Below, piece after piece: positions 30,389 to 40,435 of a DNA stretch of 64,000 nt. The position numbers and the translations under genes were made by a program. The DNA is from an uncultured virus (IMG/VR IMGVR_UViG_3300031247_000001). Its lineage: Duplodnaviria > Heunggongvirae > Uroviricota > Caudoviricetes. The stretch is from IMG/VR virus record IMGVR_UViG_3300031247_000001, one strand, 5' to 3'. The notes beneath the pieces are model-generated. The model ran no database searches. It had not been told where the DNA came from and saw nothing but the letters and a program-made list of their open reading frames with translations. The number at the start of each line of letters is the position of its first letter. The first letter of the stretch is position 1.

Positions 30389-31450
30389 ATGACGCACACC
30401 CCAAACCGCGCCCTCACCCGTCACAAGCTCGAGGCCATTGCTTGGGAGCTGACCCCGCGGGACTACCGGGGGTCGAGCGGCGCGCGGCGCGAGGTGCTCA
30501 TCAACACCACCGAGGGCACGACGCTCGTGCCGCTCGGCGATCTCACGGACTACCAGCTCCGGAAATACATCGGGCCGAGAGCCCTGGAAGAGGCGGGCGA
30601 CATGCGAGCAAATGGACGCGGGATCTACAAGGACACGGCCGCTCAGGAAGACGACTACGTCATCTGGAAGCATGGTACGAGCGGTCTTTACTATGTCGAT
30701 CGCGTCGGCCGGAACGGCACCGCCGTCAAGGCGATCGGCAAGCCCGCGTCGAGCCTCAAAGGGGCAGTCGCCGAGGTCCGCAAGGAAGCTCTCCGGCGTG
30801 GCTACACGAGCGGCCTCATCTTCGAGGCTCGAGGAGATGACCTGGCTCAAATTGGACAGGTCAAGCGCGGCACCGGCATGGACTTCGAGCAAAACGCCTC
30901 CCGCGGCCAGGCCGACGAAGTCGCCGCCCGCGAGCTCAGCCTCTACATCGAAAACGAATACTCGCTCGTCGGCGCCCCCAACTCCCAGGGCAAGGCCATC
31001 GAAAAGAACCTCCTTGGCCATCTCCGCCGCGGCAACTTCGACCTCGCCAAGACCGAGATCGCGTACATGCACCTGATGGAAACGGGGGCCAAGAAGTACG
31101 CGAAAGAGTTCGCGAGCGAGCGCGAGTGGCCCACCATCTTCAGCAAGCCCACGCGCGAGCTCGTTGCCCACGAGTTCGCGACGACGTTTGCGGAAGAGCA
31201 TGGCGCTGCTCGCTCGCTGGCGCGAAATGCAAACATCGAGATCGAGGAGTTCGATGCGCCTGCGCACTGGGCCAGCGCGCTCATCAATGGCGATACATCT
31301 GGCCTCGAAGAAGAGGACTTCAAGGATCTCGAGGCCTGGCAGGAGAAGCACCCGAACCTCTACGTCGTCGGCTGCTCAGATGAGCCGCACATCGGTCGCT
31401 TTAACGGGCTCCAAACAGAACTCCTCACTTACACCGCTCACGTTCAGTAA
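30389..31450 (+). CDS. Multi-module hypothetical protein, possible polyprotein
   Basis: Four apparent modules separated by Phi-x-x-N motifs. Confidence 0.6.
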   Translation: MTHTPNRALTRHKLEAIAWELTPRDYRGSSGARREVLINTTEGTTLVPLGDLTDYQLRKYIGPRALEEAGDMRANGRGIYKDTAAQEDDYVIWKHGTSGLYYVDRVGRNGTAVKAIGKPASSLKGAVAEVRKEALRRGYTSGLIFEARGDDLAQIGQVKRGTGMDFEQNASRGQADEVAARELSLYIENEYSLVGAPNSQGKAIEKNLLGHLRRGNFDLAKTEIAYMHLMETGAKKYAKEFASEREWPTIFSKPTRELVAHEFATTFAEEHGAARSLARNANIEIEEFDAPAHWASALINGDTSGLEEEDFKDLEAWQEKHPNLYVVGCSDEPHIGRFNGLQTELLTYTAHVQ

Positions 31451-31464
31451 AAGGAAACCCTCTC

Positions 31465-31896
31465 ATGACCGCACGACGCGCTTCCCGCAGCAAAGCCGCT
31501 GCTACCCGCTCCTCAAAACCAAACCGCGTCACCGAGTCCGACGTGAAGGCCGCGCTCGATGTGCTGCGCCAGGACTACTGGCAGGACATTCGCGGCGTCG
31601 GCGATGAGATCCTCCAAGCGGTCCGCGACGGGGAAATCACCGACACCGACGAGTTCGAGACGCGCCTCAGCCAGGACATCGACAGCTCTTCGCGGGTGAT
31701 CTACACGATCGAAAATCAACTCACCCTGGTCTGCTCCGACGACGCCGACGCTTATGTCGATGAGTTCGGGGAAGAAGGGCTCGTCAAGGACGGCGCGGTC
31801 AATTGGCCCGCGATGGCCTATGCGGCGTTCATGGCGGACGTGCGAGGCTACATCGACGCCAACGACGACGACGGGCTGCTCTCGAATCTCCGCTAG
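31465..31896 (+). CDS. Acidic protein resembling Ocr-type DNA mimics, with basic N-terminal leader
   Basis: EILQAVRDGEITDTDEFETRLSQDIDS..VIY resembles T7 Ocr as recalled; D/E-rich. Confidence 0.45.
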   Translation: MTARRASRSKAAATRSSKPNRVTESDVKAALDVLRQDYWQDIRGVGDEILQAVRDGEITDTDEFETRLSQDIDSSSRVIYTIENQLTLVCSDDADAYVDEFGEEGLVKDGAVNWPAMAYAAFMADVRGYIDANDDDGLLSNLR

Positions 31897-32285
31897 CGAA
31901 AGATCCCGCTCACCGGCGCCGCGGGCGCTGGCGGCGGGGTTGGCGCTGGCGCGGGCACTGGATCAGCCGCGGGGATCGTCGGGTTCGGGTCCCACTTGGC
32001 GCGCACGCGTGCGCCCGCATCGACGCCGCCGATCTCAGCCAAGAGATCGCAGAGCTCGTTGATGTTCGATTCGCCGGGGACGCGCCGAAGCAGGGCGTGC
32101 CCCATGCCGTGCTCGAGGGAGGCGATGGCGATTTTCGCGACCGTGAAGAAGAGCGCGGCCTTCACGGGTGAGACACCGACGACGCCTGCCACGAAGCCGA
32201 GCCCGAAGTGGAGCGGCGTGTAGAGATCGACCGCAGCCTGCCCGTATTCGGAGCGGTTCTGGGCAACGAGGCGCGCGCGCGGCAT
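31893..32285 (-). CDS. Small membrane protein with Pro-rich tail
   Basis: Hydrophobic segments; start abuts the upstream stop. Confidence 0.6.
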   Translation of the reverse strand: MPRARLVAQNRSEYGQAAVDLYTPLHFGLGFVAGVVGVSPVKAALFFTVAKIAIASLEHGMGHALLRRVPGESNINELCDLLAEIGGVDAGARVRAKWDPNPTIPAADPVPAPAPTPPPAPAAPVSGIFR

Positions 32286-32287
32286 GG

Positions 32288-32992
32288 CTAGCCGTCGATG
32301 TTGAGAATGGACACCTGGTAGCGATTGATCGTCTGGGCGGCAGCGGTCCCCGTGATGCGAAGCACGTGCTGGATGGTCTGCCCGTTGACGAGCGCGCCTT
32401 GGTAGTTCTGCACCAGCTGCACCGACTGACTCAAGACGCCCTGGGAGTAGAAGACCGAGGACGGCAGCTGCGTCGTCGAGCCGATGAGCGAGCCATTGAT
32501 GGATAGATCCATCTCGATCACGCTGGAGACCGCAGAGGCGCTATTGACCACGAGCGTCGCCATGATCAAGAACCGACTCCCTGACGGCCCCTCATACGTC
32601 ATGATCCCGGTCCCCGCGTCGATGGGGAAGAACGGGTTCAGGTTCACGTTAGCGTAGGAGATGTTCGACGATACCGGGAGCGCTTGCCAAACCCCGGTCG
32701 AGGTGATGATACCGAGCCCCGTCGACTCTATCCGCGTCGAGTACGCGCCATCGGCGCCAAGCTTAAACCAGCAGCCACCACCGCTGAGCGGCTGCACGAA
32801 GGCGTCGGTGCCCGCGAGGTTCGTCTGCGCGGAGCCCAAGTCGTAACTATAGATGGCGTGGTTGGCGAGGCAGTAGACCTGGGCGCCGGGGCCGAGCGCG
32901 CTCACGTCTAGGCTCTCGACGGACTTGGACGTGCCGCCCGTAGTGCCAACGACGAGCGAGCAAAAAGACCCGGCGGAGCGTTTGTTCGGCAT
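32288..32992 (-). CDS. Putative spike/receptor-binding protein, paralog A1
   Basis: Full-length paralog of 33004-33711; beta-rich C-terminal domain. Confidence 0.55.
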   Translation of the reverse strand: MPNKRSAGSFCSLVVGTTGGTSKSVESLDVSALGPGAQVYCLANHAIYSYDLGSAQTNLAGTDAFVQPLSGGGCWFKLGADGAYSTRIESTGLGIITSTGVWQALPVSSNISYANVNLNPFFPIDAGTGIMTYEGPSGSRFLIMATLVVNSASAVSSVIEMDLSINGSLIGSTTQLPSSVFYSQGVLSQSVQLVQNYQGALVNGQTIQHVLRITGTAAAQTINRYQVSILNIDG

Positions 32993-33003
32993 GGAAGTGA
33001 CCT

Positions 33004-33711
33004 CTATCCGACGTTGAGAATCGACACTTGGTAGCGATTGACGGTCTGCCCGGCGGCCGTCCCGCTCGCATGCAGCACGTGCTGAATCGTGTCGCCGTGA
33101 TTGGGCTTAAACCGAAAGCCCTGCGTGAGCTGCATCAGCTGCGACACCGTCTCCTGAGTGTAGGCCATCAGCTGCGGGCCCTGCGTGCCGGTGCCGAGCA
33201 GAGCCCCGTTGACGGTGGTGTCGAGCTCGATCGTGCTGCCGACCGGGGAAGAGGAGCCGATGACCATCTGTGCCTGAATCAGGAAATCTTTTCCCGACGG
33301 CCCGTTGTAGGTCATGATCCCAGTCGTCGTGTCGACTGAGAAAAACGGGTTACTGTTGATGTTCGCGTAGAAGCCGGCGCCGGATGGGAGCGCCTGCCAG
33401 TTGCCGGTCGAGATGACGAAGTTACTATACCCCGTCGAGGTGAGCTGCACGAGCGTCGAGTAGTCGCCCTGGGCGTTCTGCTTGAACCAACACCCGCCGC
33501 CAGCGAGCGGCACCACGAAGGTATCGGCGCCGGCGAGGTTCGGTTGGGCGGAGCTCGAGTTGTAGCGGTACACCGCTTGATTGGCGACGCAGTAGCACTC
33601 CGCGCCGTCGCCGAGCGCCGACACATCCAAACTTTCGACCGACTTCGAGGTACCGCTGACGGTGGCAACTACCATCGAGCAAAAGGACCCGGCCGAGCGC
33701 TTATTGGGCAT
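33004..33711 (-). CDS. Putative spike/receptor-binding protein, paralog A2
   Basis: Shares MPNKRSAGSFCS start and NRYQVSILN end with A1. Confidence 0.55.
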   Translation of the reverse strand: MPNKRSAGSFCSMVVATVSGTSKSVESLDVSALGDGAECYCVANQAVYRYNSSSAQPNLAGADTFVVPLAGGGCWFKQNAQGDYSTLVQLTSTGYSNFVISTGNWQALPSGAGFYANINSNPFFSVDTTTGIMTYNGPSGKDFLIQAQMVIGSSSPVGSTIELDTTVNGALLGTGTQGPQLMAYTQETVSQLMQLTQGFRFKPNHGDTIQHVLHASGTAAGQTVNRYQVSILNVG

Positions 33712-33764
33712 GACTCAGCGAAGATTAGCCGTAGGGCGCCCACGCCCGCAACTTTTTGCCGGGA

Positions 33765-34601
33765 TCAGGCTCGAGAGAGCCAAAGCATCCGGTGATCGCC
33801 CGTGTCGGGTCTGGCCGCGTCTTCGAGCGACACCGCCCGCACGATGCCATCGGTACCGATCGCGCGAATAAGGAGCCCCATGGCGACGATCTCATCGAGA
33901 GCCGCCAGAGTGTCTTCGTGATCGCAGGGGGTAAACTCCATGGCGATGGAGATCTTCGGGCTCTTGGCAATCGTCGCCTTCATACCCCTCAGCACCTGCA
34001 TCTCGAGGCCCTGCACATCGATCTTCACGAAGTCGATAGGAGACGCCTCGGAGAGACCAAACCCATCTTCGTCGATCGATGTGGCCGGCCGCTGATCGGG
34101 CTCGTGATGCGCGTGCTTGCCTGGTCGCACCGACGCGCTGCCCAGGTACTCCTTGTACGTGAACAGCGACATCATACCGCGGGACGCGTCCATCACGATG
34201 TCGGTCGACACCTGCGCCTGATGCATCCCGTTGACGGCGAGTGTCTTATTCAAGAGCTCCGCGAGCCTCACCTGCGGCTCGTACGCCTGCACGAAGCCTT
34301 TGTCACCGACGAGATCAGCGAGCAGCGTCGTGTAGTAGCCACAGTTGGCGCCCACGTCGATGCAGCGCATGCCGGGGCGGACGAAGTTTACGACGGCTTG
34401 CGTCACCCACATCTCCCAGAACCCATTCATGAGCAGGTGGGGGGAGAGCGAGAGATCGCGCGTGTCGACGTACATGAGGATATTGCCGAGCACGCGCGCG
34501 AGGGCCGTGTGGTCTCCGAGGTAGCCCTGGCGAGTCTGATCGCGGCACCACTTCTCGATGGCCGTTCGGTTTTCGACCTGGAACAAATCTCTGATCTTCA
34601 T
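33765..34601 (-). CDS. FkbM-family SAM methyltransferase
   Basis: IDVGANCGYYT, AYEP, IDFVKIDVQGLE. Confidence 0.9.
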   Translation of the reverse strand: MKIRDLFQVENRTAIEKWCRDQTRQGYLGDHTALARVLGNILMYVDTRDLSLSPHLLMNGFWEMWVTQAVVNFVRPGMRCIDVGANCGYYTTLLADLVGDKGFVQAYEPQVRLAELLNKTLAVNGMHQAQVSTDIVMDASRGMMSLFTYKEYLGSASVRPGKHAHHEPDQRPATSIDEDGFGLSEASPIDFVKIDVQGLEMQVLRGMKATIAKSPKISIAMEFTPCDHEDTLAALDEIVAMGLLIRAIGTDGIVRAVSLEDAARPDTGDHRMLWLSRA

Positions 34602-35233
34602 AGCTTAAACTTCTCCGGATACAGGTACCGATCGGGGTCGCCCCAGAGCTCCCCAAACCCAATGATCTTGAGCCGCGCCGTGCGGCCCTCGAGAAAATCT
34701 ATCAAGATCCCCCGCGTGAGCGCCGTCGGCGAGATGCCCCAGCGGTCGGCGTGCCAGTCGAGCGCCACCTGCGCACCACGCGTGAGTCGAGCGCGGGCGA
34801 TGAGCTGCGGCACCCTCGGCACGTGAATGACCTCTCCCCGGTAAACCCAGGCCGTCGCCGTCACCTGGGGGCGCTTGGGGTCGAGCAAGAAGCGATGGAG
34901 CAAGCTCCGAAGGACCGTGCCGCGCTGCACCCGAAGTGCCTTGCAGAGCAGCACCCAGTCCTCATTGGCCTTCTTCGGAAGGGTCACCTGCACGATCGTA
35001 AAATCGTGGTCGACATGTCGGCGGCGACTACGCACGCTGGACGGCACCGCCTTCCCGCGCTTACGGATCTCTTGCTCTCGAATAGCGATCGCCTCCAGCA
35101 GCACCGACTCTTGCACCCCGAGCTCGATACAGAGCTCGGGGATCGGCATGCCGCGTGGGGCCGACCAGCGGCTCAGCGTGAGCTGCTTGACGAGCCAGTC
35201 CCGGAACCGGAGCTGGTCGGCGTGGTGGTTCAT
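34598..35233 (-). CDS. Putative DNA-binding protein with two RHH-like segments
   Basis: IVQVTLP...GTVLRSLL and ARARLT...SPTALTRGIL. Confidence 0.4.
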   Translation of the reverse strand: MNHHADQLRFRDWLVKQLTLSRWSAPRGMPIPELCIELGVQESVLLEAIAIREQEIRKRGKAVPSSVRSRRRHVDHDFTIVQVTLPKKANEDWVLLCKALRVQRGTVLRSLLHRFLLDPKRPQVTATAWVYRGEVIHVPRVPQLIARARLTRGAQVALDWHADRWGISPTALTRGILIDFLEGRTARLKIIGFGELWGDPDRYLYPEKFKL

Positions 35234-35625
35234 TAGGGCTTCAGGATGAGCGGCGGAGCCTCGGGCTCTTGCACGGCGACCACTCGCGAGATGGCCGCGA
35301 TGTCGCGCGAGTCGATGAGCGTCGCGAGCGTCGCGATGCGACCCGCGATGAAGCCCTTCGGTGGCGTGCCTGGGATCGATGTCCAGCGCACCTCCACCAC
35401 GTTGCTCGTGCCATCAGTGACCGGATAAATGACCGCCATCGCCAATAGCTGCGTGGCGCTCGGTTGCCCGCCATCCATGCACGGCGTTGGCACCCACTGC
35501 GACTTGTCCGGCTCGGCCAGATACGGCAGCTTTCCACGATCATTGACCACGACGCCGGCGAGCGGGAAGCGCAGCTGCACCAGCACCGGCACCCCCATGT
35601 ATTCTTTAACGCTTGATGGTTCCAC
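35233..35625 (-). CDS. Hypothetical protein
   Basis: Coupled ORF between dam and 34598-35233. Confidence 0.55.
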   Translation of the reverse strand: MEPSSVKEYMGVPVLVQLRFPLAGVVVNDRGKLPYLAEPDKSQWVPTPCMDGGQPSATQLLAMAVIYPVTDGTSNVVEVRWTSIPGTPPKGFIAGRIATLATLIDSRDIAAISRVVAVQEPEAPPLILKP

Positions 35626-36524
35626 TAAGCCTTCTTTCTGTAGTTGCTTTCGATGAGCAGTTCGGAAACGGCGCCGCGCCCGGTGCCGACGGAGTTGACG
35701 TTGCGGCGCGCAGAGACTCGCTTCTTCTTGAAGGCCGCGTACAGCTTCCGCGTGCCGGGGACATCGGAGTTCGAGAGGAGGGCCGGCACTCCGAGATCAG
35801 CGAATTTCGTCATCTCTGACCAAAGATCGGTTTGGCTTTTTAGCCCGAACTCTTCGGCGGTGTAGGAGGTGAAGTTCGAGGTCGGGCGCGTGGGCCAGTA
35901 CGGCGGATCGAGGTAAAGGAATGCCGTCCCGAGTCCATGCGCAGTCACCGCGCGCACATCGAGGCAGATGTTCCGAAAATCGGCGTGCACGATGTTGGCG
36001 ATCTTGAAGGCAAGGTGAGCCGCGAAGATGCCCTCCTCATCCAAGATCTTGGGCGGCGACTTGTGCCAGCCGTAAGGCACGTTGCAAACGTTCTGGCGGT
36101 TCACGCGCCAGAGGCCGTTGTAGCCGCAGGCGTTGATGTACTTGAAGCGCGCGGCGCGTCCCGCATCGCTCGTCGGCTTCGAGGCCCGCACTTCGTAGTA
36201 GCGCTTCTTGCCGAAGCCTTTCTTCTCGAGTTGACTCAGCGCCGCGACCAGTTGGTTTGGCTCATCCTGGATCTGCAGGTAGAAGTTGATGAGCTCTTCG
36301 TTCGAGTCGGAGAGCACGGCGCGCTCAATGCGGCCCGCCGAAAAGAGCGCGAAGAAGATGGCGAGGCCCCCCGCAAACGGCTCGTAGTAGGTCGCGATCG
36401 GCGCCGGGTGCAGGCGATTGATCTCCTTCAGGATCGGGCCCTTCAGTTGCGCCTTGCCACCCACCCACTTGAGCACGGGATAGGCCTCCACGGGCGGCTG
36501 CGTCGCTAGCATGGGTGCGCTCAT
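35625..36524 (-). CDS. dam: DNA adenine methyltransferase (Dam/D12 class)
   Basis: LKWVGGK, YYEPFAGG, YNGLWRVN, YLDPPY, LLSNSD. Confidence 0.93.
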   Translation of the reverse strand: MSAPMLATQPPVEAYPVLKWVGGKAQLKGPILKEINRLHPAPIATYYEPFAGGLAIFFALFSAGRIERAVLSDSNEELINFYLQIQDEPNQLVAALSQLEKKGFGKKRYYEVRASKPTSDAGRAARFKYINACGYNGLWRVNRQNVCNVPYGWHKSPPKILDEEGIFAAHLAFKIANIVHADFRNICLDVRAVTAHGLGTAFLYLDPPYWPTRPTSNFTSYTAEEFGLKSQTDLWSEMTKFADLGVPALLSNSDVPGTRKLYAAFKKKRVSARRNVNSVGTGRGAVSELLIESNYRKKA

Positions 36525-37627
36525 GGGTGCTTCAGCATCTCCACAAACGAGTACGGCTCCCTCGAGAGGGACGCCGTCCAAGACCAGTTGGCACGCAGGG
36601 CGGCGGAGTCGTTCTGGGCCCACATCCAGAGCTCGCGCCAGTTGTCACGCGCCCGCACGAGCGCACGAGCGATCGCCATCGGCGAAAGCGCTGGCGCGAG
36701 GCTCCCCGGTAGATCGTCGATCGACGAAAGCTCCCCCGTCGAGATCGGCTCGAATCCCCGCGTGGTCGGGAGAAGAAACTCCGAGTGCCCTGTCACCGTC
36801 GTCGCGGCGACGGGCACCCCCGAGCAGAGCGCCTCGAGCGGCACGAGACCGAATCCTTCTCCGCGCGATGGCTGGCAGACGACGTGTGACTGGCAGAGCA
36901 GACGCGCCATGCCCTCGGGCGAAGCGTCGATGCGATCTTTGATGTCCACCGTCTCTTTGAGCTTCTCCCAGTTCTCGACTTCGCCATCCATGATGGCCTC
37001 CTCGATCGCGCGCTTGGCCGGGTAGTCCATGACGCAGAGCAGGCGCGCGCCGGACCCTGCCCATCCCGAGCCTTGCAAGATCTCCCAGGCTCTGAGGAGC
37101 TCGACGGTGCCCTTGCGCTGGCGATCGCTCGACGAAAAATGAATGACCCGAAACGTGCCCTGGGCATAGAGGTCGCGGATCTCTTGCGCGTGCTCGGGGT
37201 ACGGGCGAAACTCCGGCGAGACGCCGTGCGGCACGGGCCAGCAACTCCCCAGGTGGCGCTGCACGACTTTCGTGGCCCACCTGCTCGGCGCGATAAACGT
37301 GACCACGTGCTCATCTGCATAGCGATTGAGCTTCGTCACCAGATCGCGCGGGAGCTGGTCGGAGTTCGGGGTGACCATGATGAAATGCTCTTCATGTCGC
37401 CCCCTCTCGAACATCTGCCCGACCGCATCGAGCGGTCCGACGTAGATCCCATAACGCGCGTCGGCGCCCCCGGTCGGCGCTTCGCCATCGACGTAGCTCG
37501 CCGCGAGATCGATCGAATACAGACCTTTGAGGATCCCCGCGTCGCGGAGCGCGCTCTCGAAGCCGCGCGTCACGACAGCGAGAGACCCGTTGCCGAGTGT
37601 GCGGCCGTAGAGGCGAGCGAGCGTCAC
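36521..37627 (-). CDS. Glycosyltransferase, GT4-like
   Basis: VPHGV, RKG, QPSRGEGFGLVPLEALCSGVPV. Confidence 0.9.
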   Translation of the reverse strand: MTLARLYGRTLGNGSLAVVTRGFESALRDAGILKGLYSIDLAASYVDGEAPTGGADARYGIYVGPLDAVGQMFERGRHEEHFIMVTPNSDQLPRDLVTKLNRYADEHVVTFIAPSRWATKVVQRHLGSCWPVPHGVSPEFRPYPEHAQEIRDLYAQGTFRVIHFSSSDRQRKGTVELLRAWEILQGSGWAGSGARLLCVMDYPAKRAIEEAIMDGEVENWEKLKETVDIKDRIDASPEGMARLLCQSHVVCQPSRGEGFGLVPLEALCSGVPVAATTVTGHSEFLLPTTRGFEPISTGELSSIDDLPGSLAPALSPMAIARALVRARDNWRELWMWAQNDSAALRANWSWTASLSREPYSFVEMLKHP

Positions 37628-38979
37628 CGCGTCACCGGCGCGTCGTAGAAATCTCGCGCCCACCGGTGGCTACAGGAGACCGCGATCACCCTCTGTTTCA
37701 TAAACGCTCCCACCGCCTCGAGCGAGTAGCCGCGGAGATCGATCCCCTTGGTCACTTCCACGTCGTGCGTCGTCGGAGCGGTCGCCTTGTCGAGGGCCAC
37801 TGCAAGCTCGTGAGGCCCATAGCTCACCCAGCGAGCATCGCTCTCCCACCCGTAGGACTTGGGCACCGGCGCGCTGCCGCATGGCGCCACCGCGACATGC
37901 CCATTGCCGACGAAGTCGTCGACTCCGCCGCTCGGCACATACACGACTTGGTTGCCTGCGAGGCAGGCCTCGAAGGCTGGCAAATTCCAGGCCTCCCCGT
38001 GGGACGACGAGACGTAGATGTTGTTCCGGTAGTGGAGCTCGAGGATCGCCTGGCGCGGGAAGCGACCTTCGACGAGCTTCACGCGCTCTCGGATCTTCTC
38101 CCGTGTCCAGCCTTTGCTCTGGAGCGCGAGATCTTGCTCGCAACGATCGAGCGTCTCTTCGGGCGTCGGGTACCCGGGCCATTTGCCGCCCGTGTATTTG
38201 ATCGTGAGGATTGCGCGGTCGAGCGGCGTAAACGCGCTCAAGAAGGCGCTCACGAGCGTGTCGTATCCCTTGCGGGGTTCCCAACGACCGATCGAGTAAA
38301 ACTTCCTCCACGCGGGATCAGGCCTACGGCGCTGCAACTTCAGGATCGGATCCACCGGGTCGAACGGATGCGGCACGACGAAGAGCTTGTGCTCGGGGAC
38401 GCCCGAGGCCGCGAGCATGCGGTGATTGGCCCAGCACGGCACCCAGCACTCGGCGACGCGCGACAAGATCTTCACGATGCCGGGATCGACGCGGTCGCGC
38501 TCCCAGACGCTGTAGACGATCGTGGAGGCGAAGATCTGCCGACGCATCTCCGCGAGCTTCTCGAAGTCCTTGTCGACGGCGCCCTGCGGGATCACGGCGC
38601 GCTTCAGGTGCTCAGCGTCGCGCACGACCAGGTGCTTGATGACCGGGAAGTAGTGCTTCGCGGTCGTGAGCTGGAGCGCTCCGACCTCGCGCTCGACCTT
38701 CGGGTCTGGATCGACCGAGTGCGCCGGACGCGGATTGCCATGCTCGTCCACCGTCGTGCCCGTGAAGCTCCGGAGCAGCACCGGCACGCCGGCCTGAGCG
38801 AGCGCGCGGGCGTGCGCGCGCACGGCGACGGCGGTGCCGTCCCAGGGCGTCTCGAACTCCCCCTGATACATGACCGCATACTCGTGGTCGGGCTTTCTCG
38901 GCTCGACGAAGTACGCGACAGCCTTGTCGGGTGGAGTGAAGGGAAGGGCGGGAAGATTCGCGGGCAACTCGTCGGTCAC
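37624..38979 (-). CDS. Glycosyltransferase, GT4-like
   Basis: FYSIGRWEPRKGY, SSSHGEAWNLPAFEA. Confidence 0.9.
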   Translation of the reverse strand: MTDELPANLPALPFTPPDKAVAYFVEPRKPDHEYAVMYQGEFETPWDGTAVAVRAHARALAQAGVPVLLRSFTGTTVDEHGNPRPAHSVDPDPKVEREVGALQLTTAKHYFPVIKHLVVRDAEHLKRAVIPQGAVDKDFEKLAEMRRQIFASTIVYSVWERDRVDPGIVKILSRVAECWVPCWANHRMLAASGVPEHKLFVVPHPFDPVDPILKLQRRRPDPAWRKFYSIGRWEPRKGYDTLVSAFLSAFTPLDRAILTIKYTGGKWPGYPTPEETLDRCEQDLALQSKGWTREKIRERVKLVEGRFPRQAILELHYRNNIYVSSSHGEAWNLPAFEACLAGNQVVYVPSGGVDDFVGNGHVAVAPCGSAPVPKSYGWESDARWVSYGPHELAVALDKATAPTTHDVEVTKGIDLRGYSLEAVGAFMKQRVIAVSCSHRWARDFYDAPVTR

Positions 38980-39464
38980 CGCCAGAGCTCCCAGCAGATC
39001 ACGAGCACTACGACCGTGAGCGACGCCCAGGCGGCCATCTTAAGCGCTATCGGAAGACCCGGGTCAGGAGAATGCGTGGGCATCGGCGTCTGAGCCGCCA
39101 CGGCCTCCGACTCCGCCTCGTACGAGCGCCGGACCCCCGACACATTTTCTGCCGCGGCAAGCGCTTCGGGAGTCACTGGACTCAGGCTTTCATTCAGGCG
39201 GCCCGCACCGTGTAGCGGGCAATAGTCCTTGCCCCGCACGTGAAACCACACGTCCGTTGTCCACGACGCTGGCGCTCCCGTAAACTCATCCGCCGGGTGA
39301 TTCTGGGCGCGCCCATCGATCGAGTCGCGATACGCAGCGCACCCCGGCTCGTCGCACGCGAAAGTCACCCTCCGCTCTTCTGGGTGCGGCAGCGGCGCAT
39401 CCCCGAGCACCGAATGCTCCGAGCTCGGCCCGAAGATCCCACCAAACGGATCGTTGGGCTTCAC
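38976..39464 (-). CDS. Hypothetical protein with CDEPGC...CPLH zinc-finger-like domain and C-terminal TM
   Basis: Same Cys/His pattern as 167-700. Confidence 0.6.
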   Translation of the reverse strand: MKPNDPFGGIFGPSSEHSVLGDAPLPHPEERRVTFACDEPGCAAYRDSIDGRAQNHPADEFTGAPASWTTDVWFHVRGKDYCPLHGAGRLNESLSPVTPEALAAAENVSGVRRSYEAESEAVAAQTPMPTHSPDPGLPIALKMAAWASLTVVVLVICWELWR

Positions 39465-40063
39465 AGGTACCTCATGACCGAGTCATCGATCCGGAACCGC
39501 TTGCCGCACCCAAGCCCCGGGCACATCACCGCATCGGTCAGGTGAATCGTGCCCGCGAGCGTCACAAACTCTTCCGGTAGGTTCGGGTTTACCCAGAGCT
39601 CGCCCGCGCGCCGCGTGTCGAGCTCGAAGCGGCGGTGACGCGATCGAATCGTCATCTGCGCTTGATCCGATCTGTATTTGCGCGCGCAAAACGGGCAGCA
39701 CACGACCAGGATGAGGCCCTGACCTGACTCGTCGGCAGTGTCGGCGGTGAGCTCGCACATGATAAACTCCTCGGGCTTGCCGTCGGAGTTTCTGATCTCG
39801 AGCACGATGGCGGCGTGCGACTGCGTGCCGCCGAGCTTCGTCGTCGAGATGCGGGCGTTCGGGTCGACGGTGGTGGCCTTGCGGCGCGCATCCTCCACAC
39901 CGCGGCGCCTCTCGGCGTCCACGCGCTGATCATGAAGCTGGCGTTCGTAGGCGGCAGTGACGGTGCCGCCGCGCACGAAGGAGGTCATGGGCAGCGAAAC
40001 TTCTCTCGCTGCGGGTGATGGGGGTGATTCCGGAGGCGGCGCGGGCTTCGATTCGTCTGTCAT
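39461..40063 (-). CDS. Hypothetical zinc-binding protein
   Basis: CPFC and CPGLGC motifs. Confidence 0.6.
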   Translation of the reverse strand: MTDESKPAPPPESPPSPAAREVSLPMTSFVRGGTVTAAYERQLHDQRVDAERRRGVEDARRKATTVDPNARISTTKLGGTQSHAAIVLEIRNSDGKPEEFIMCELTADTADESGQGLILVVCCPFCARKYRSDQAQMTIRSRHRRFELDTRRAGELWVNPNLPEEFVTLAGTIHLTDAVMCPGLGCGKRFRIDDSVMRYL

Positions 40064-40135
40064 GAGGTGACAGAAGCGAGATAGCACGCGCCTGTCTCAG
40101 CCGGCAAGCCTCGTTTTGCCGAGCGCGGAGCGTCC

Positions 40136-40432
40136 CTAGTTTTTGCCTAGGATCTTGTACGTGAGGAGCGTGACCGCGAGCGTCGAGACGACCCCGACAA
40201 CGATCGGGAACCACAAGCTCTGCTTGGCCTCCGACACGAGAGACGTGCGGACTCCGTTGACGCATCCCGAGCACTCAGGGAAATCGTCGCCAGCGCCGTC
40301 AGGGCAGATCTCGCAGTCCCCTCCGTAGGAGATCATGCAGGGCCCGCACGCGTCCCCGAGGCCCTTGAGCCCAGGCCCGAAGCGCGAAGGCGCAAGCGGC
40401 CTCACCGGCGATGGAACGCTCGCGTAGCTCAT
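40136..40432 (-). CDS. Small Cys-rich membrane protein (GLG family)
   Basis: LKGLGD; C-terminal TM plus basic tail. Confidence 0.65.
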   Translation of the reverse strand: MSYASVPSPVRPLAPSRFGPGLKGLGDACGPCMISYGGDCEICPDGAGDDFPECSGCVNGVRTSLVSEAKQSLWFPIVVGVVSTLAVTLLTYKILGKN

Positions 40433-40435
40433 GAG

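Noticed and set aside
29672..31351. 559-aa minus-strand ORF as one protein
   Set aside because: Only 29672-30286 looks coding (CHAP); the rest is antisense to 30389-31450
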